Source: Clostridiales bacterium (lineage in GTDB: Bacteria; Bacillota; Clostridia; Saccharofermentanales; Saccharofermentanaceae). Taken from it: DNA of 64,000 bases. Each line of letters starts with the position of its first letter. Within the stretch, counting starts at the first letter, position 1. The position numbers were made by a program, and so were the translations under genes. Where the stretch lies: positions 96,001-160,000 of the forward strand of contig JAFWDK010000029.1 in assembly GCA_017513085.1 (NCBI GenBank). The letters run 5' to 3'. Shown one piece after another: positions 1 to 9,038 of the stretch. Under the pieces are notes generated by a model, which saw only the letters and a list, made by a program, of their open reading frames with translations, did not search any database and had not been told where the DNA came from.

Positions 1-2
1 AC

Positions 3-1172
3 ATATTTCCTCATGTAAAGTATACATATATGTTGCGAAGTGTGGATGAAAAAGCAGAAAAGTACGTGTTGGCGCTTAAAGTCAAACCATCAGACTCGAT
101 TGTAAGATACCGCGAGGGCGACTATAACGAGACAGTTTATATCAAAGGGGACGGAAACACAACTCCAGCAACCCCAGAAGAGATAATCGCATTGTCAAAG
201 CGAAAATACGGGGTAGATAACGAAACAAGTGAAATCAAATATAGCAGCAGGGAATGGAAAGATTATTTAGATCTGTGCAAAGAATACCGGTCTGATTCAT
301 CTGCTCCTACACTTAAAGAATTGCAAAATGAGGAAGTCGTTTCAAAGGATGGTTTTGCAAAAACGGGACTGCTCATGTTTAAAGACAATTATGAAGGTGA
401 TGATACGCTGATTTGTTGCCGCCTTTGGAAGGGTGACAAGAAGATTGGAGATGCGCTTGATAGCGACAGGTTTAAAGGGCCGATTTCTACAGTTTTCAGA
501 AATGCAATAAGATTTATCGAGCGTAATACAAAAACAGGCTGGCGCAAAGTTGAAGAAGGCGGACGAGAAGAAATTCGTTCTTATCCGGCAGAAGCAATAA
601 GAGAAGCACTTGTTAATGCTATTGCCCATCGTGATTATTCGATTTCCGGTACTCAGATAGATATAGATATTTATAGTGACAGGATCGATATTGTCTCGCC
701 AGGCTCATGGTTGCTTCCCAGATCATATGAAGAGTATCCTCTAGGTTCTATTCCTTCTATAAGGAGAAACGCAATAATCGCCGCATGTCTTGATATAGCA
801 AATCTGATGGAGCGAGGCGGAACCGGATTTCAGACTATAATTGAAAGCTACAAAGATGCTGGGGAAGCAAAACAGCCCGGCGTATTAATATATCCGGGAT
901 TCCTTGATTTGCGGCTTTTTGATTTGTTGTATGATACACAGACAGTAAATGAAGATCTCTCTGATAAGGATAAAGTCATAGAGTTGCTTCGAGTAAAGCC
1001 TTGTTCTGTAAAAGAATTGCAAGCGGTAACGCACTATAGCAGTAGGAGTACTTTTTTGTCGGAGATACTTAATCCGTTATTAAAAGAGGGCATAGTTTAT
1101 CGTGAGGGTAATCCTAAATCGCCGAGGTCTTTGATTAAAATCTCAAATCCATCGCAACATAACAAAACCTGA
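3..1172 (+). CDS. AlbA_2/HATPase_c_4 (RecG-C-like) ATP-binding transcriptional regulator, 5'-partial
   Basis: Motifs YPxxAIREALVNAIAHRDYS, DRIDIVSPG, RNxIIA, MERGGTGF and a C-terminal wHTH; frame is open from the window edge to the ATG at 30. Confidence 0.8.
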   Translation: MFPHVKYTYMLRSVDEKAEKYVLALKVKPSDSIVRYREGDYNETVYIKGDGNTTPATPEEIIALSKRKYGVDNETSEIKYSSREWKDYLDLCKEYRSDSSAPTLKELQNEEVVSKDGFAKTGLLMFKDNYEGDDTLICCRLWKGDKKIGDALDSDRFKGPISTVFRNAIRFIERNTKTGWRKVEEGGREEIRSYPAEAIREALVNAIAHRDYSISGTQIDIDIYSDRIDIVSPGSWLLPRSYEEYPLGSIPSIRRNAIIAACLDIANLMERGGTGFQTIIESYKDAGEAKQPGVLIYPGFLDLRLFDLLYDTQTVNEDLSDKDKVIELLRVKPCSVKELQAVTHYSSRSTFLSEILNPLLKEGIVYREGNPKSPRSLIKISNPSQHNKT

Positions 1173-1184
1173 GACTGACTGATT

Positions 1185-1225
1185 ACCGTCAACGACCGTC
1201 AACTCTCGTTGATCATCGTTGATCA
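1185..1225. repeat. Paired 10-bp tandem repeats (ACCGTCAAC x2, TCGTTGATCA x2), convergent
   Basis: Read directly; the two pairs share a TCAAC(G)/CGTTGA core in opposite orientation. Confidence 0.6.
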
Positions 1226-1425
1226 TAAGTATATATCGGTAGCTGCCCAATATTGACCCAGTGGAAGAGGCAATTCATTCTCACGCCCAGCACGCCCAAA
1301 CGAATCCTCACGAACACGCAGCAAGAATAAAACCAGCGCAAATTCTTACCTCTTTTGTTAAAAAAGACAAAATACAATCCGATATATGTGAATATTTGTG
1401 CCAAGTGACGATTTCTCAATTTTAT

Positions 1426-1456
1426 TGTAAGAATAACGACTATAATATCGCTATAT
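1426..1456 (+). promoter_or_regulatory. Putative ECF autoregulatory promoter TGTAAG-N17-CGCTAT
   Basis: Same motif and spacing recurs upstream of the sigma genes at 4685, 7743 and 9872; resembles SigX/SigW-type TGTAAC-N16/17-CG promoters. Confidence 0.6.
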
Positions 1457-1487
1457 GTGTTGAAAGATGACGCGGAGGACAATGCGT

Positions 1488-2045
1488 ATGGATGACGGAA
1501 AGATTGTAGATTTGTTTCTAGCAAGAGATGAAAATGCAATCAGACAGGTGTCGCTAAAATATGGAGGCCTATTGAGAACAGTATCCTACAGGATAACCGA
1601 AGATATTGAAACAGCCAAAGAATGCGAGAATGATACATATTTGCAAGCGTGGAATCTAATTCCGCCACACAAACCATATGATTATTTGATCGCATTTCTG
1701 TCAAGAATAGTTCGTAACGTTTCTATAGATCGTTGTCTTCGCGAGGAACGGTTAAAACGAAAAGGATACCTTGTAGAGTTGTCTGTTGAGATGGAGCAGT
1801 TCCTTCCTGCGGAAGAGTCAATCGAAACAGAAATTGATCGGAAAGTATTGGCAGATGCAATTAGTAACTTTCTTTTGATGCAGTCCAAAGAAAAACGCAT
1901 AATCTTCATGCGACGATACTTTGAATTTGAAACAGTCTCATCGATTTCAAAGAATATGCGATGTAAAGAAAGCAGAGTTTATACTCTACTCCATCGAATG
2001 AGACAAGATCTCCGAAAGTATTTGAAGAAGGAGGAAGTTATATGA
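1488..2045 (+). CDS. ECF sigma-70 factor (cassette 1)
   Basis: MDDxxIVDLFLARDExAI N-terminus, region 2 (AKECENDTYLQAWN), region 4 HTH; GGAGG 9 nt before ATG 1488. Confidence 0.9.
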   Translation: MDDGKIVDLFLARDENAIRQVSLKYGGLLRTVSYRITEDIETAKECENDTYLQAWNLIPPHKPYDYLIAFLSRIVRNVSIDRCLREERLKRKGYLVELSVEMEQFLPAEESIETEIDRKVLADAISNFLLMQSKEKRIIFMRRYFEFETVSSISKNMRCKESRVYTLLHRMRQDLRKYLKKEEVI

Positions 2046-2548
2046 GTTTCGAGGAAAGATTGCTACTGATATCAGATATAGATAGCAAGTTAATAGAAGA
2101 ACTTGCTGATGATTATAGAAATGAACAGAAGAAATCAGTAACAAAACTGCAAATAGGTGTGATTGTGGGTATTTGCGCTACGCTGGCTTTGGTTATTGGG
2201 ATTTTTTTGTGGAAAAATGGCTCGCGACCCCAAAATACTATAGAGAGTTCTTCCACTGACGTTACTTATTTTGCTTTGAATTCAATAGTAACTATTAATG
2301 GAATTGAATATGTTCCTTCTGGTCCAGCAACCTTTCGAGAATATACACTCCCAGCCAATAACGATATTACGGAAGCTGATCTAGGTAAAAGCATTGGAGA
2401 AGTAGAGCATTGCATTTCTTCACCTGAATTGTTGGGAAAGAAAGCATACTTCTATTCTAAAGACCAGAGTAATGGAATGGTTATCATTCTTGATATCGGT
2501 GGAACTTATGAATTCTATGAACGTGTAGATGGAGGAGGTGATAAATAA
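2042..2548 (+). CDS. Putative membrane-anchored anti-sigma factor (cassette 1)
   Basis: ATGA overlap with the sigma stop; N-terminal xDIDxxLIEE motif, one TM helix, extracytoplasmic domain. Confidence 0.7.
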   Translation: MSFEERLLLISDIDSKLIEELADDYRNEQKKSVTKLQIGVIVGICATLALVIGIFLWKNGSRPQNTIESSSTDVTYFALNSIVTINGIEYVPSGPATFREYTLPANNDITEADLGKSIGEVEHCISSPELLGKKAYFYSKDQSNGMVIILDIGGTYEFYERVDGGGDK

Positions 2549-2617
2549 TAACAGGAATTATGACTTTAATGTAACTTCCAGACACCCAAGAACAAGTCTT
2601 TAAAAGGAGGGACTCAT

Positions 2618-3268
2618 ATGAAAAAGATTGCAATAGGAATGAAGTTTTTATGTGCACTGCTTACGGCATCACTGATCTTTACTTCTGGTTCCGTAGTAGA
2701 AGCAAGTGGATCTGAAGAAGTGATTACATTAGAAGCAGCAGTTGATTCTGAAAACAACTCATTGGATTCAAATACCATTTCAGAAGCAGATTTTGAGTAT
2801 TCAAATTTGATAAATCAAGAATTTGATACTTTGGTAGCGCACTGGGGCGGAGAGTACCCAATATACTATGCAGGGGCATTCATTGCCGATAGGCAGTTTA
2901 CTATTTTAGTAACATGCGAACCACAAGATGTTCAGGATGAGATTTGGACTATAACAGGAAACAGAGATATCATTGTCGCTAAGGCATCGAACTCGTACAA
3001 TGACTTGAAGAACCTTCAGGACCAGATTACCGAGTTGGTGACAAACTTGCAATCAGAGGGAGATCGTGTAGCAAATCTTGTTGTCGGGATAGGTGTAGAC
3101 GAAATCCAAAATGACGTTTTTGTAGAAGTACTAAACATGGATGAAACTGTTCGAGAAGAAGTAGAAACAATGCTTGAAGCATATAGTTCAGTTCGTCTAG
3201 TAGCTAAGGATTCTCCCTATGAAGAAATGACAAATATTCTCAGTAGCATGAATGGGAGCCTCTACTAA
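2618..3268 (+). CDS. Secreted protein resembling the pro-region of S1 (alpha-lytic-like) proteases, with no catalytic domain
   Basis: Strong RBS AAAGGAGG, signal peptide, YAGAFI...SYNDLKNL...GIGVDEIQNDVFV pattern; family assignment is from memory only. Confidence 0.55.
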   Translation: MKKIAIGMKFLCALLTASLIFTSGSVVEASGSEEVITLEAAVDSENNSLDSNTISEADFEYSNLINQEFDTLVAHWGGEYPIYYAGAFIADRQFTILVTCEPQDVQDEIWTITGNRDIIVAKASNSYNDLKNLQDQITELVTNLQSEGDRVANLVVGIGVDEIQNDVFVEVLNMDETVREEVETMLEAYSSVRLVAKDSPYEEMTNILSSMNGSLY

Positions 3269-3747
3269 TGGATAACAAGAAAAAATATATTTTGATTGCG
3301 GGAGCACTTTTGATCCTTAACCTCGGTTTCACATCTTGTTCTTCTAAAGCAAGTAATCCATACCAAGAGAAATCGAGTGTTGTTTATCAGGTAACTGAAT
3401 CCACTGTGTCTATCAAAGCCAGCGTTTTACCTAATCAAGTGCTGGATCTAAGTATTATGAATCAGAGCTCAAAACATTGTTCGATTGGAGAGGATTATGC
3501 TATTGAATACAACTTTGAGGGAGATTGGTATGTTGTGCCAATCAAACCCAACACAGCTTTTCCGGCAATCGGCTATTTCATCGAACCAGGCGAAGAACGT
3601 TCTTTTACTGTTGAACTTAAGGAGTATTTTGACGTTCTGCCTTCTGGGCACTATCGTATTATCAAGGAGATGATCCTTCGTGACGATGTAGATGAATTTG
3701 CCAATGAGAATAACAGAGGTATCCTTGTAGCAGAGTTTGATATCTGA
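3268..3747 (+). CDS. Lipoprotein with a bacterial Ig-like domain
   Basis: Lipobox FTSC; GEDYAIE...W...AFPAIGYFIEPGE...LPSGHYRIIK pattern. Confidence 0.7.
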   Translation: MDNKKKYILIAGALLILNLGFTSCSSKASNPYQEKSSVVYQVTESTVSIKASVLPNQVLDLSIMNQSSKHCSIGEDYAIEYNFEGDWYVVPIKPNTAFPAIGYFIEPGEERSFTVELKEYFDVLPSGHYRIIKEMILRDDVDEFANENNRGILVAEFDI

Positions 3748-3750
3748 TTC

Positions 3751-4182
3751 TTGAGCTTCAGCTCATTGAGAGAAGTTTTAATTTGTAAATGGGAGGCGAG
3801 TGTTTTGAGAATACGACAAAAATGTATATTGATGAGCATAGTTTATGATCAAAAAGTGATTGGAATCATCACTCTTCTTCGAGGCGATGACGGATCGATA
3901 ATGACTACAGTTTCCAAGAAACCAGACACAGTAGTCATGGGATTTGACGGGCCGGTCCCATCTGTTATTGAAGTGTTGGATTCACTTCTGAAATCGGCTC
4001 CGAATGAAAAGTATCTGGTGGCATATTATGGTGCGTTTGCGTATTTGCTTGATTCAAACAATGCGTTTCATTGCTTGGGTGAGAATAATAATCTGATTAC
4101 TGTTACGAACGGAGAAACTTTATACAAAAATCTATATAACGAACAGTCTACAGTTTCCGGTGAGATTCTAGATGAGAAGTAA
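3751..4182 (+). CDS. Hypothetical protein, possibly a 5'-truncated fragment
   Basis: TTG-start ORF with no RBS; only the C-terminal two thirds look protein-like. Confidence 0.35.
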   Translation: MSFSSLREVLICKWEASVLRIRQKCILMSIVYDQKVIGIITLLRGDDGSIMTTVSKKPDTVVMGFDGPVPSVIEVLDSLLKSAPNEKYLVAYYGAFAYLLDSNNAFHCLGENNNLITVTNGETLYKNLYNEQSTVSGEILDEK

Positions 4183-4306
4183 GTTTCTTAGTTTATAGCG
4201 GATTCATACCTTTTGAGAAGCACGAAAGATGCGATATGAATTGGCTGGAATACGAATGTTGTGGCATTGTTTGGCATAATGCTATATAGGTGAGAAAAAA
4301 CATGAC

Positions 4307-4328
4307 TGTCCCCAAATTGTCCCCAAAT
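4307..4328. repeat. TGTCCCCAAAT x2 tandem repeat, probable integrase arm-type sites of the left island
   Basis: Exact 11-bp tandem duplicate about 80 bp from the att copy. Confidence 0.6.
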
Positions 4329-4373
4329 CAGAGGAAAATGCCCGTTTCTGGACGGTTCCTTAGAGGAAACAAG

Positions 4374-4404
4374 AAACCCCGCAACCGTTGTGGATGCGGG
4401 GTTT
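4374..4404 (-). terminator. Terminator-like hairpin downstream of the tRNA 3'-end copy
   Basis: AAACCCCGCA/TGCGGGGTTT stem; a similar hairpin follows the intact tRNA at 16932-16965. Confidence 0.6.
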
Positions 4405-4410
4405 TCGCTT

Positions 4411-4456
4411 TGGAGCCGATTGCGAGACTCGAACTCGCGACCTGCTGATTACAAAT
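4411..4456 (-). repeat. att site: 46-bp copy of the tRNA-Thr 3' half
   Basis: TGGAGCCGATTGCGAGACTCGAACTCGCGACCTGCTGATTACAAAT is identical to 16970-17015. Confidence 0.95.
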
Positions 4457-4570
4457 AGCGGAAGGGGTGTTTTTTATCGTTTTATAAATGCGCCTTTGAT
4501 GCCTGAAAACAGGGCGTTTGACAGATTTATCGTCGCTTATCGTTTTGCCTGTTTTTATATGATTTTTTGT

Positions 4571-4596
4571 AAAATAAACACCAAATAAACACCAAA
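4571..4596. repeat. Arm-type repeat AAAATAAACACCAAATAAACACCAAA (left end)
   Basis: Identical 26-mer at 16862-16887 in direct orientation. Confidence 0.85.
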
Positions 4597-4684
4597 AATC
4601 GTTTCAGGATACTTGCTGGCATCTTTAGCTTTTTCTTTTTGAGAAGAGAAAAACGTGATGACTTTTCAGAAATTTTCCCAATAG

Positions 4685-4714
4685 TGTAACCATATGTGAG
4701 AAAATGTCGCTAAT
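4685..4714 (+). promoter_or_regulatory. Putative ECF promoter TGTAAC-N17-CGCTAAT
   Basis: Shared motif upstream of four paralogous sigma genes. Confidence 0.65.
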
Positions 4715-4722
4715 AAGGGTGA

Positions 4723-5313
4723 ATGCGCATGAAGAAAACGGAGGAGAGTTTCTTGGAAGACGATAAGATCGTAGATTTATTCTTATCCAGAGACGAACAG
4801 GCTATCACTGAGACGTCAAAGAAATACGGCAAGCGGCTTCGACGGATCGCATTTGATATCCTGTGCGACCACGAGGCGGCGGAAGAGTGCGAGAACGATG
4901 CGTACTTAAAGACATGGAACCTGATTCCACCTCACGAACCGCGGACCTACCTCTTTGCATTTGTCGGAAGGATCATCAGACACTGTGCGCTGGATATCTG
5001 TAAGGCCAATCGCCGGCAGAAGCGGTATGCCGTGTATAGTGAACTGACACAGGAGATGCAGGAATGTATTCCGGCGCCCTATTCTACAGAAGCGGAGATG
5101 GACAGGCTTTGCCTCAAGGAACTCTTGGAAACCTTTCTGGATTCCTGCTCTGAAGAGCAGCAGAGAGTGTTTGTTAGAAGATACTGGTACTTCGAATCCG
5201 TCGAAAGTATTGCCAAAAGATATGGTATGACGCAAAGCAAAGTCAAGACAGTGCTTTTCCGGATGAGAAAGAAACTGAAAGAGAATCTGAAAAATGGAGG
5301 TTATTCACTATGA
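4723..5313 (+). CDS. ECF sigma-70 factor (cassette 2); true start may be TTG 4753
   Basis: EDDKIVDLFLSRDEQAI, regions 2 and 4; GGAGGAG precedes TTG 4753. Confidence 0.9.
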   Translation: MRMKKTEESFLEDDKIVDLFLSRDEQAITETSKKYGKRLRRIAFDILCDHEAAEECENDAYLKTWNLIPPHEPRTYLFAFVGRIIRHCALDICKANRRQKRYAVYSELTQEMQECIPAPYSTEAEMDRLCLKELLETFLDSCSEEQQRVFVRRYWYFESVESIAKRYGMTQSKVKTVLFRMRKKLKENLKNGGYSL

Positions 5314-6329
5314 CGGGTCACGATTTATTGGATACTTTAGGCGATATTGATGCCCGATTCCTTCGGAACGAGGCGGATATGCAGGCAAAGAACGACGGAA
5401 AATACATGTGGTTGGCTGTTGCTGCCGCGCTTCTGGTGATTGCAGGGGGCGTCTATGTCGTTTCAAGATTTGTTCTGCCAGGAAGGCAGGAGGCGAAAGC
5501 CACAGCTGCCGTCACGTATACTGCGCCATCAGAAACGACGAATACTGTCCCAACGTCTTCCACCAATGCGCCGGACAGTAAAGAGCAGGGGGTCTTTGTT
5601 CCTGAAATCGTCCTTCCGGAATCGGAAGAGAAAGGGGCATTGGTGATGATGGATATGGTCGGATTAGTGGTCTATAAGGGCGGCATCTATACGCAGGCTG
5701 AGTACTATGGCGAGCAGGATCTGGAAAAAGTTTCGGAACTGATCGGCGAGCGCCTCGGAACGGCGAAAGGAAATCTGGATGAGTGGTCTTCACAGGATGA
5801 GTACGCGACTGAGTTTGCATCGAATATGGCAGGGGAGGTCTATACGGTCAAGGGCTATGACCCGGACTTCAGAATATGTGTATGTGTATACGAAAATGAT
5901 GATATCCTCCGAATGGTCATGTTCATGGAGCGGATGAATAATATCACGCTTGCCACAGGAGAAGATATCTTCGAGACCCGGTTACACATATACGGGAATG
6001 TGAAATCGGTTCAGAAACAGAGTCAGGAGGATTGGAATAATGGCAGAGGGAACCGAAGTGATGTTTCGATCAGTGACGAAGTCTGGGACGCCTTCTGGAG
6101 AAGCACTAACGAGGCACCTGTCGTTGATACCTGGTCGGACGTGAACGAGGCGGAGAAGTGGTATCGGGAAGGGAAAATCGTTCATCTGTATCTCGAGATG
6201 GAAGACGGGACAGTGAACCATATCCGGCTAAAAGAAGGCGGATATGTCGGCTACACCATAACCCAGGATTCTTTTTGGGTAAAGATCCCTCTTGAAGACT
6301 TTAACAAAGTTTTCGAAGAAGTTCAGTAG
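5310..6329 (+). CDS. Putative anti-sigma factor (cassette 2)
   Basis: ATGA coupling, LLDTLGDIDARF motif, TM helix, Thr/Ser linker, large external domain. Confidence 0.7.
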   Translation: MTGHDLLDTLGDIDARFLRNEADMQAKNDGKYMWLAVAAALLVIAGGVYVVSRFVLPGRQEAKATAAVTYTAPSETTNTVPTSSTNAPDSKEQGVFVPEIVLPESEEKGALVMMDMVGLVVYKGGIYTQAEYYGEQDLEKVSELIGERLGTAKGNLDEWSSQDEYATEFASNMAGEVYTVKGYDPDFRICVCVYENDDILRMVMFMERMNNITLATGEDIFETRLHIYGNVKSVQKQSQEDWNNGRGNRSDVSISDEVWDAFWRSTNEAPVVDTWSDVNEAEKWYREGKIVHLYLEMEDGTVNHIRLKEGGYVGYTITQDSFWVKIPLEDFNKVFEEVQ

Positions 6330-6377
6330 TAATGTTGTCCCTCCATTCATTTGCATTATGTTCATGAATGGGGGCTT

Positions 6378-7550
6378 CTAGAGGCTGTAAAGATCATCAA
6401 GGTTGTTGATGGCACGCAGTTTAGCTTCGTTCTGAGGGTTGGCGTATACGTTCATCACAAGTGCCGGTGAACTCTGACCTAGAAGAGCAGCGGTGGTTCT
6501 TGGATCGGTTCCGTTCGCGATCAGGATACTTGCAAAAGTGTGCCGTAGCCCGTGAACAGAGATGCGCGGTACGCCACACCAGGCAAGATATTTATTCAAC
6601 CATTCTCTGAAAGTGCTGTCAAAAATCGGCTTGCCGTCAAGCGTGGTAAATAGACGTGCCTTGTCTCCGTGCTTTCCTTGATAAAGACAGCCAAGCCGTT
6701 TGATCTCGGACTCTTGCCACTTTCGATACTCTTTGAACTCGGCAACAAGTTTGTCCGAGATAGGAATAGAACGAACAGAGGATTTGCTCTTAGGTGTGCT
6801 CTCTATCATGCCGGTTCCAGGAATGTACTGCGAAGTCCTTGTGATGGATATCATGTGCTTCTCGTAGTTGATATCCTGCCATTCAAGACCAGCGGCTTCC
6901 GCTTCGCGAATACCGGTATTAAGGACAAGGAGAATGAACATCCGCGCACGGATATCTTCGTATTCCGGCAGTTTTCGAATGACCTTCTGGGCATCCTTGA
7001 GCTCAAGAGCCTGAACATCGGAGTGGGATTTGGCAGGTGCTTTGACACGTTTACACGGATTTTCGTCAATAAGTTCCCATTCGTATGCTTTCCCTAACAC
7101 TGCGGAAAGTGTCCGAAACCATACTCCAATACTGTTCCGAGAAAGCACGTCCTCTTTTCCATCTTTTCTTACAAGAGAAGAGATCCACCTTCGGATGTCG
7201 AGTGGCGTGATGTTTCTGATCAGCATATCGCCAAAGTAGGGGAGCAGCCTTGATTCTATAACTATTCTGTATCCGCTCGCTGTCTTTGGCTTAAGAAGCG
7301 GAAGATGATTCATGAAGTAAAGTTCCTTGCAGAAAACCCGAAAAGTCATTTTGTTGTACTGCACGTTTGCGCCGCCCTTGACCTTGCGCTCGAAATCTTC
7401 CGCAAACTCAAGAACAGCCTTCTGCTCCTGCTTTGAAGTCAAGCCCTTCGGAGGGACAAACGTTGTGGTCCTTCGGATCTGCTTTCCGTTTTCGTCATAA
7501 CCGCAACTGACGGTAATCTTATACGTATCGCTTCTTTTCTGAATCTGCAT
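6378..7550 (-). CDS. int: Tyrosine recombinase/integrase (ICEBs1/phage-like)
   Basis: N-terminal arm-binding region (YKITVSCGYDENGKQIR), TGIREAE, PKS, HGLRH, LGQS, VYA. Confidence 0.92.
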   Translation of the reverse strand: MQIQKRSDTYKITVSCGYDENGKQIRRTTTFVPPKGLTSKQEQKAVLEFAEDFERKVKGGANVQYNKMTFRVFCKELYFMNHLPLLKPKTASGYRIVIESRLLPYFGDMLIRNITPLDIRRWISSLVRKDGKEDVLSRNSIGVWFRTLSAVLGKAYEWELIDENPCKRVKAPAKSHSDVQALELKDAQKVIRKLPEYEDIRARMFILLVLNTGIREAEAAGLEWQDINYEKHMISITRTSQYIPGTGMIESTPKSKSSVRSIPISDKLVAEFKEYRKWQESEIKRLGCLYQGKHGDKARLFTTLDGKPIFDSTFREWLNKYLAWCGVPRISVHGLRHTFASILIANGTDPRTTAALLGQSSPALVMNVYANPQNEAKLRAINNLDDLYSL

Positions 7551-7632
7551 AGTATCACCTCCTGAACACCTGAGAATAAGCGCTTTTTAAGACGCTTTTT
7601 AAGCTGTGCTACATACATTGTAAATCGGACTC

Positions 7633-7650
7633 TGTCCCAATATTTGGACA
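7633..7650. promoter_or_regulatory. Palindrome TGTCC-N8-GGACA upstream of int
   Basis: TGTCCCAATATTTGGACA; a near-identical inverted copy is at 12413-12430. Confidence 0.5.
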
Positions 7651-7742
7651 GAATTAATTGGAGTGTCGTATTGTTTTCAAAATGCAAATCGAAATGTTGC
7701 CGAAATGTTCCGAAATGTATTATTTACAATGTGAAGCATATG

Positions 7743-7772
7743 TGTAACATTCACAGTTCATTTGACGATAAT
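7743..7772 (+). promoter_or_regulatory. Putative ECF promoter TGTAAC-N17-CGATAAT
   Basis: Shared motif and spacing. Confidence 0.65.
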
Positions 7773-7807
7773 TATAGTAGAAGGCATTTTTCGAGGAGGG
7801 CTATCAG

Positions 7808-8365
7808 ATGGACGACAGCATGATCGTAGATCTGTTTCTGAAACGTGATGAAGACGCGCTTCGTCAAGTAACGGAGAAGTATGGAACTAGGATGCTTCGA
7901 ATTGCTCAGAGAATCACGGAAGATGAAGAAACGGCCAAAGAATGCGTGAATGATGCGTATTTGGAGGCTTGGAAACGGATTCCGCCGAGCGAGCCGCGAG
8001 AGTATCTTATGGCTTTTCTTGCCAAAATTGTTCGTGCGAGGGCATTGGATCGTTGCGCACGTGACCAGCGACTGAAGAGAAAAGCGTATGTTGAGGAGCT
8101 TACTACAGAACTCGAACAATGCATCCCCTCCGGTACAAGTATAGAGGAGGAAATGGACGGCGTCGCTTTTGCCGAAGCCATAGGACGTTTTCTCAAGACC
8201 CAACCACTTGAGAAGTGCCGTGTATTTGTACGACGTTACTATTATCTCGAAAAAACATCTTCTATTGCGCAAAGACTCGGATACAGCGACAACAAAGTCC
8301 GGACAATGCTGTGTAGAATGCGCCGAGAACTAAAGGATTTTCTTATAAAGGAGGAGTTACTATGA
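7808..8365 (+). CDS. ECF sigma-70 factor (cassette 3)
   Basis: MDDSMIVDLFLKRDEDAL, regions 2 and 4; RBS GAGGAGG. Confidence 0.92.
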   Translation: MDDSMIVDLFLKRDEDALRQVTEKYGTRMLRIAQRITEDEETAKECVNDAYLEAWKRIPPSEPREYLMAFLAKIVRARALDRCARDQRLKRKAYVEELTTELEQCIPSGTSIEEEMDGVAFAEAIGRFLKTQPLEKCRVFVRRYYYLEKTSSIAQRLGYSDNKVRTMLCRMRRELKDFLIKEELL

Positions 8366-9012
8366 ACGGGAAAGCAATACTAGATATGATGGGAGATCTG
8401 GATCCGTGTATCGTGCTTGATGCGGAACCGGATATAGTGAATAGAAAAAAGCCTGTTAATTGGAAAATCGTGGGTGCGGTGGCAGCAGGAGTGCTGGTGT
8501 TTTCGTGTGTCGGAATTGGAATCCGACAGATAGCGAAGGCGAAGAAAACCGCATATACGGTCTATCCCGGAAACAGTGAATGGAATGCTCTGGGTGATGT
8601 GGAATCCAAAGTAGCTGCTTGCCGCATTCCGGAGGAGGAACTTCAAGAAATGACGGATGAAGATCTTGTTGAGGCTGTGTTGGAGTATCCATTCTTGCTC
8701 GATCTGTTTACTGTAGATGATGTGAGGGCATGCGTAAAATGGCAAGCGGAAAACTGCGATGCTCTTCGTGAGTTGATCCGACGAGGAACTGCAACGGAGT
8801 TGCTTCTTGCCAAAGTAAAAGAACTATATATAGATGTTCATGTTGAAGGATCTTATGACTTTATGAAGGAACAGCGGCACGACGCACTCTGTTTGATACT
8901 TTTCTATGCTCCAGAGTGCAGAAAGGATCTTACGGAGGAAGATATCGATCTGCTCAAGAGATCTTCTATGGTTAAGGAAACAATTGAAATGTGTGGTGAT
9001 GAAACAGTCTGA
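8362..9012 (+). CDS. Putative anti-sigma factor (cassette 3)
   Basis: ATGA coupling, ILDMMGDLD motif, TM helix, YPGNSEW...ACRIPEE...VLEYP external domain. Confidence 0.7.
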   Translation: MNGKAILDMMGDLDPCIVLDAEPDIVNRKKPVNWKIVGAVAAGVLVFSCVGIGIRQIAKAKKTAYTVYPGNSEWNALGDVESKVAACRIPEEELQEMTDEDLVEAVLEYPFLLDLFTVDDVRACVKWQAENCDALRELIRRGTATELLLAKVKELYIDVHVEGSYDFMKEQRHDALCLILFYAPECRKDLTEEDIDLLKRSSMVKETIEMCGDETV

Positions 9013-9038
9013 AAATGTGAATGCCAAAGGAGATCAGT

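Noticed and set aside
4411-4456. Second tRNA-Thr gene
   Set aside because: Only the 3' 46 nt are present; the D-arm and 5' acceptor strand are absent
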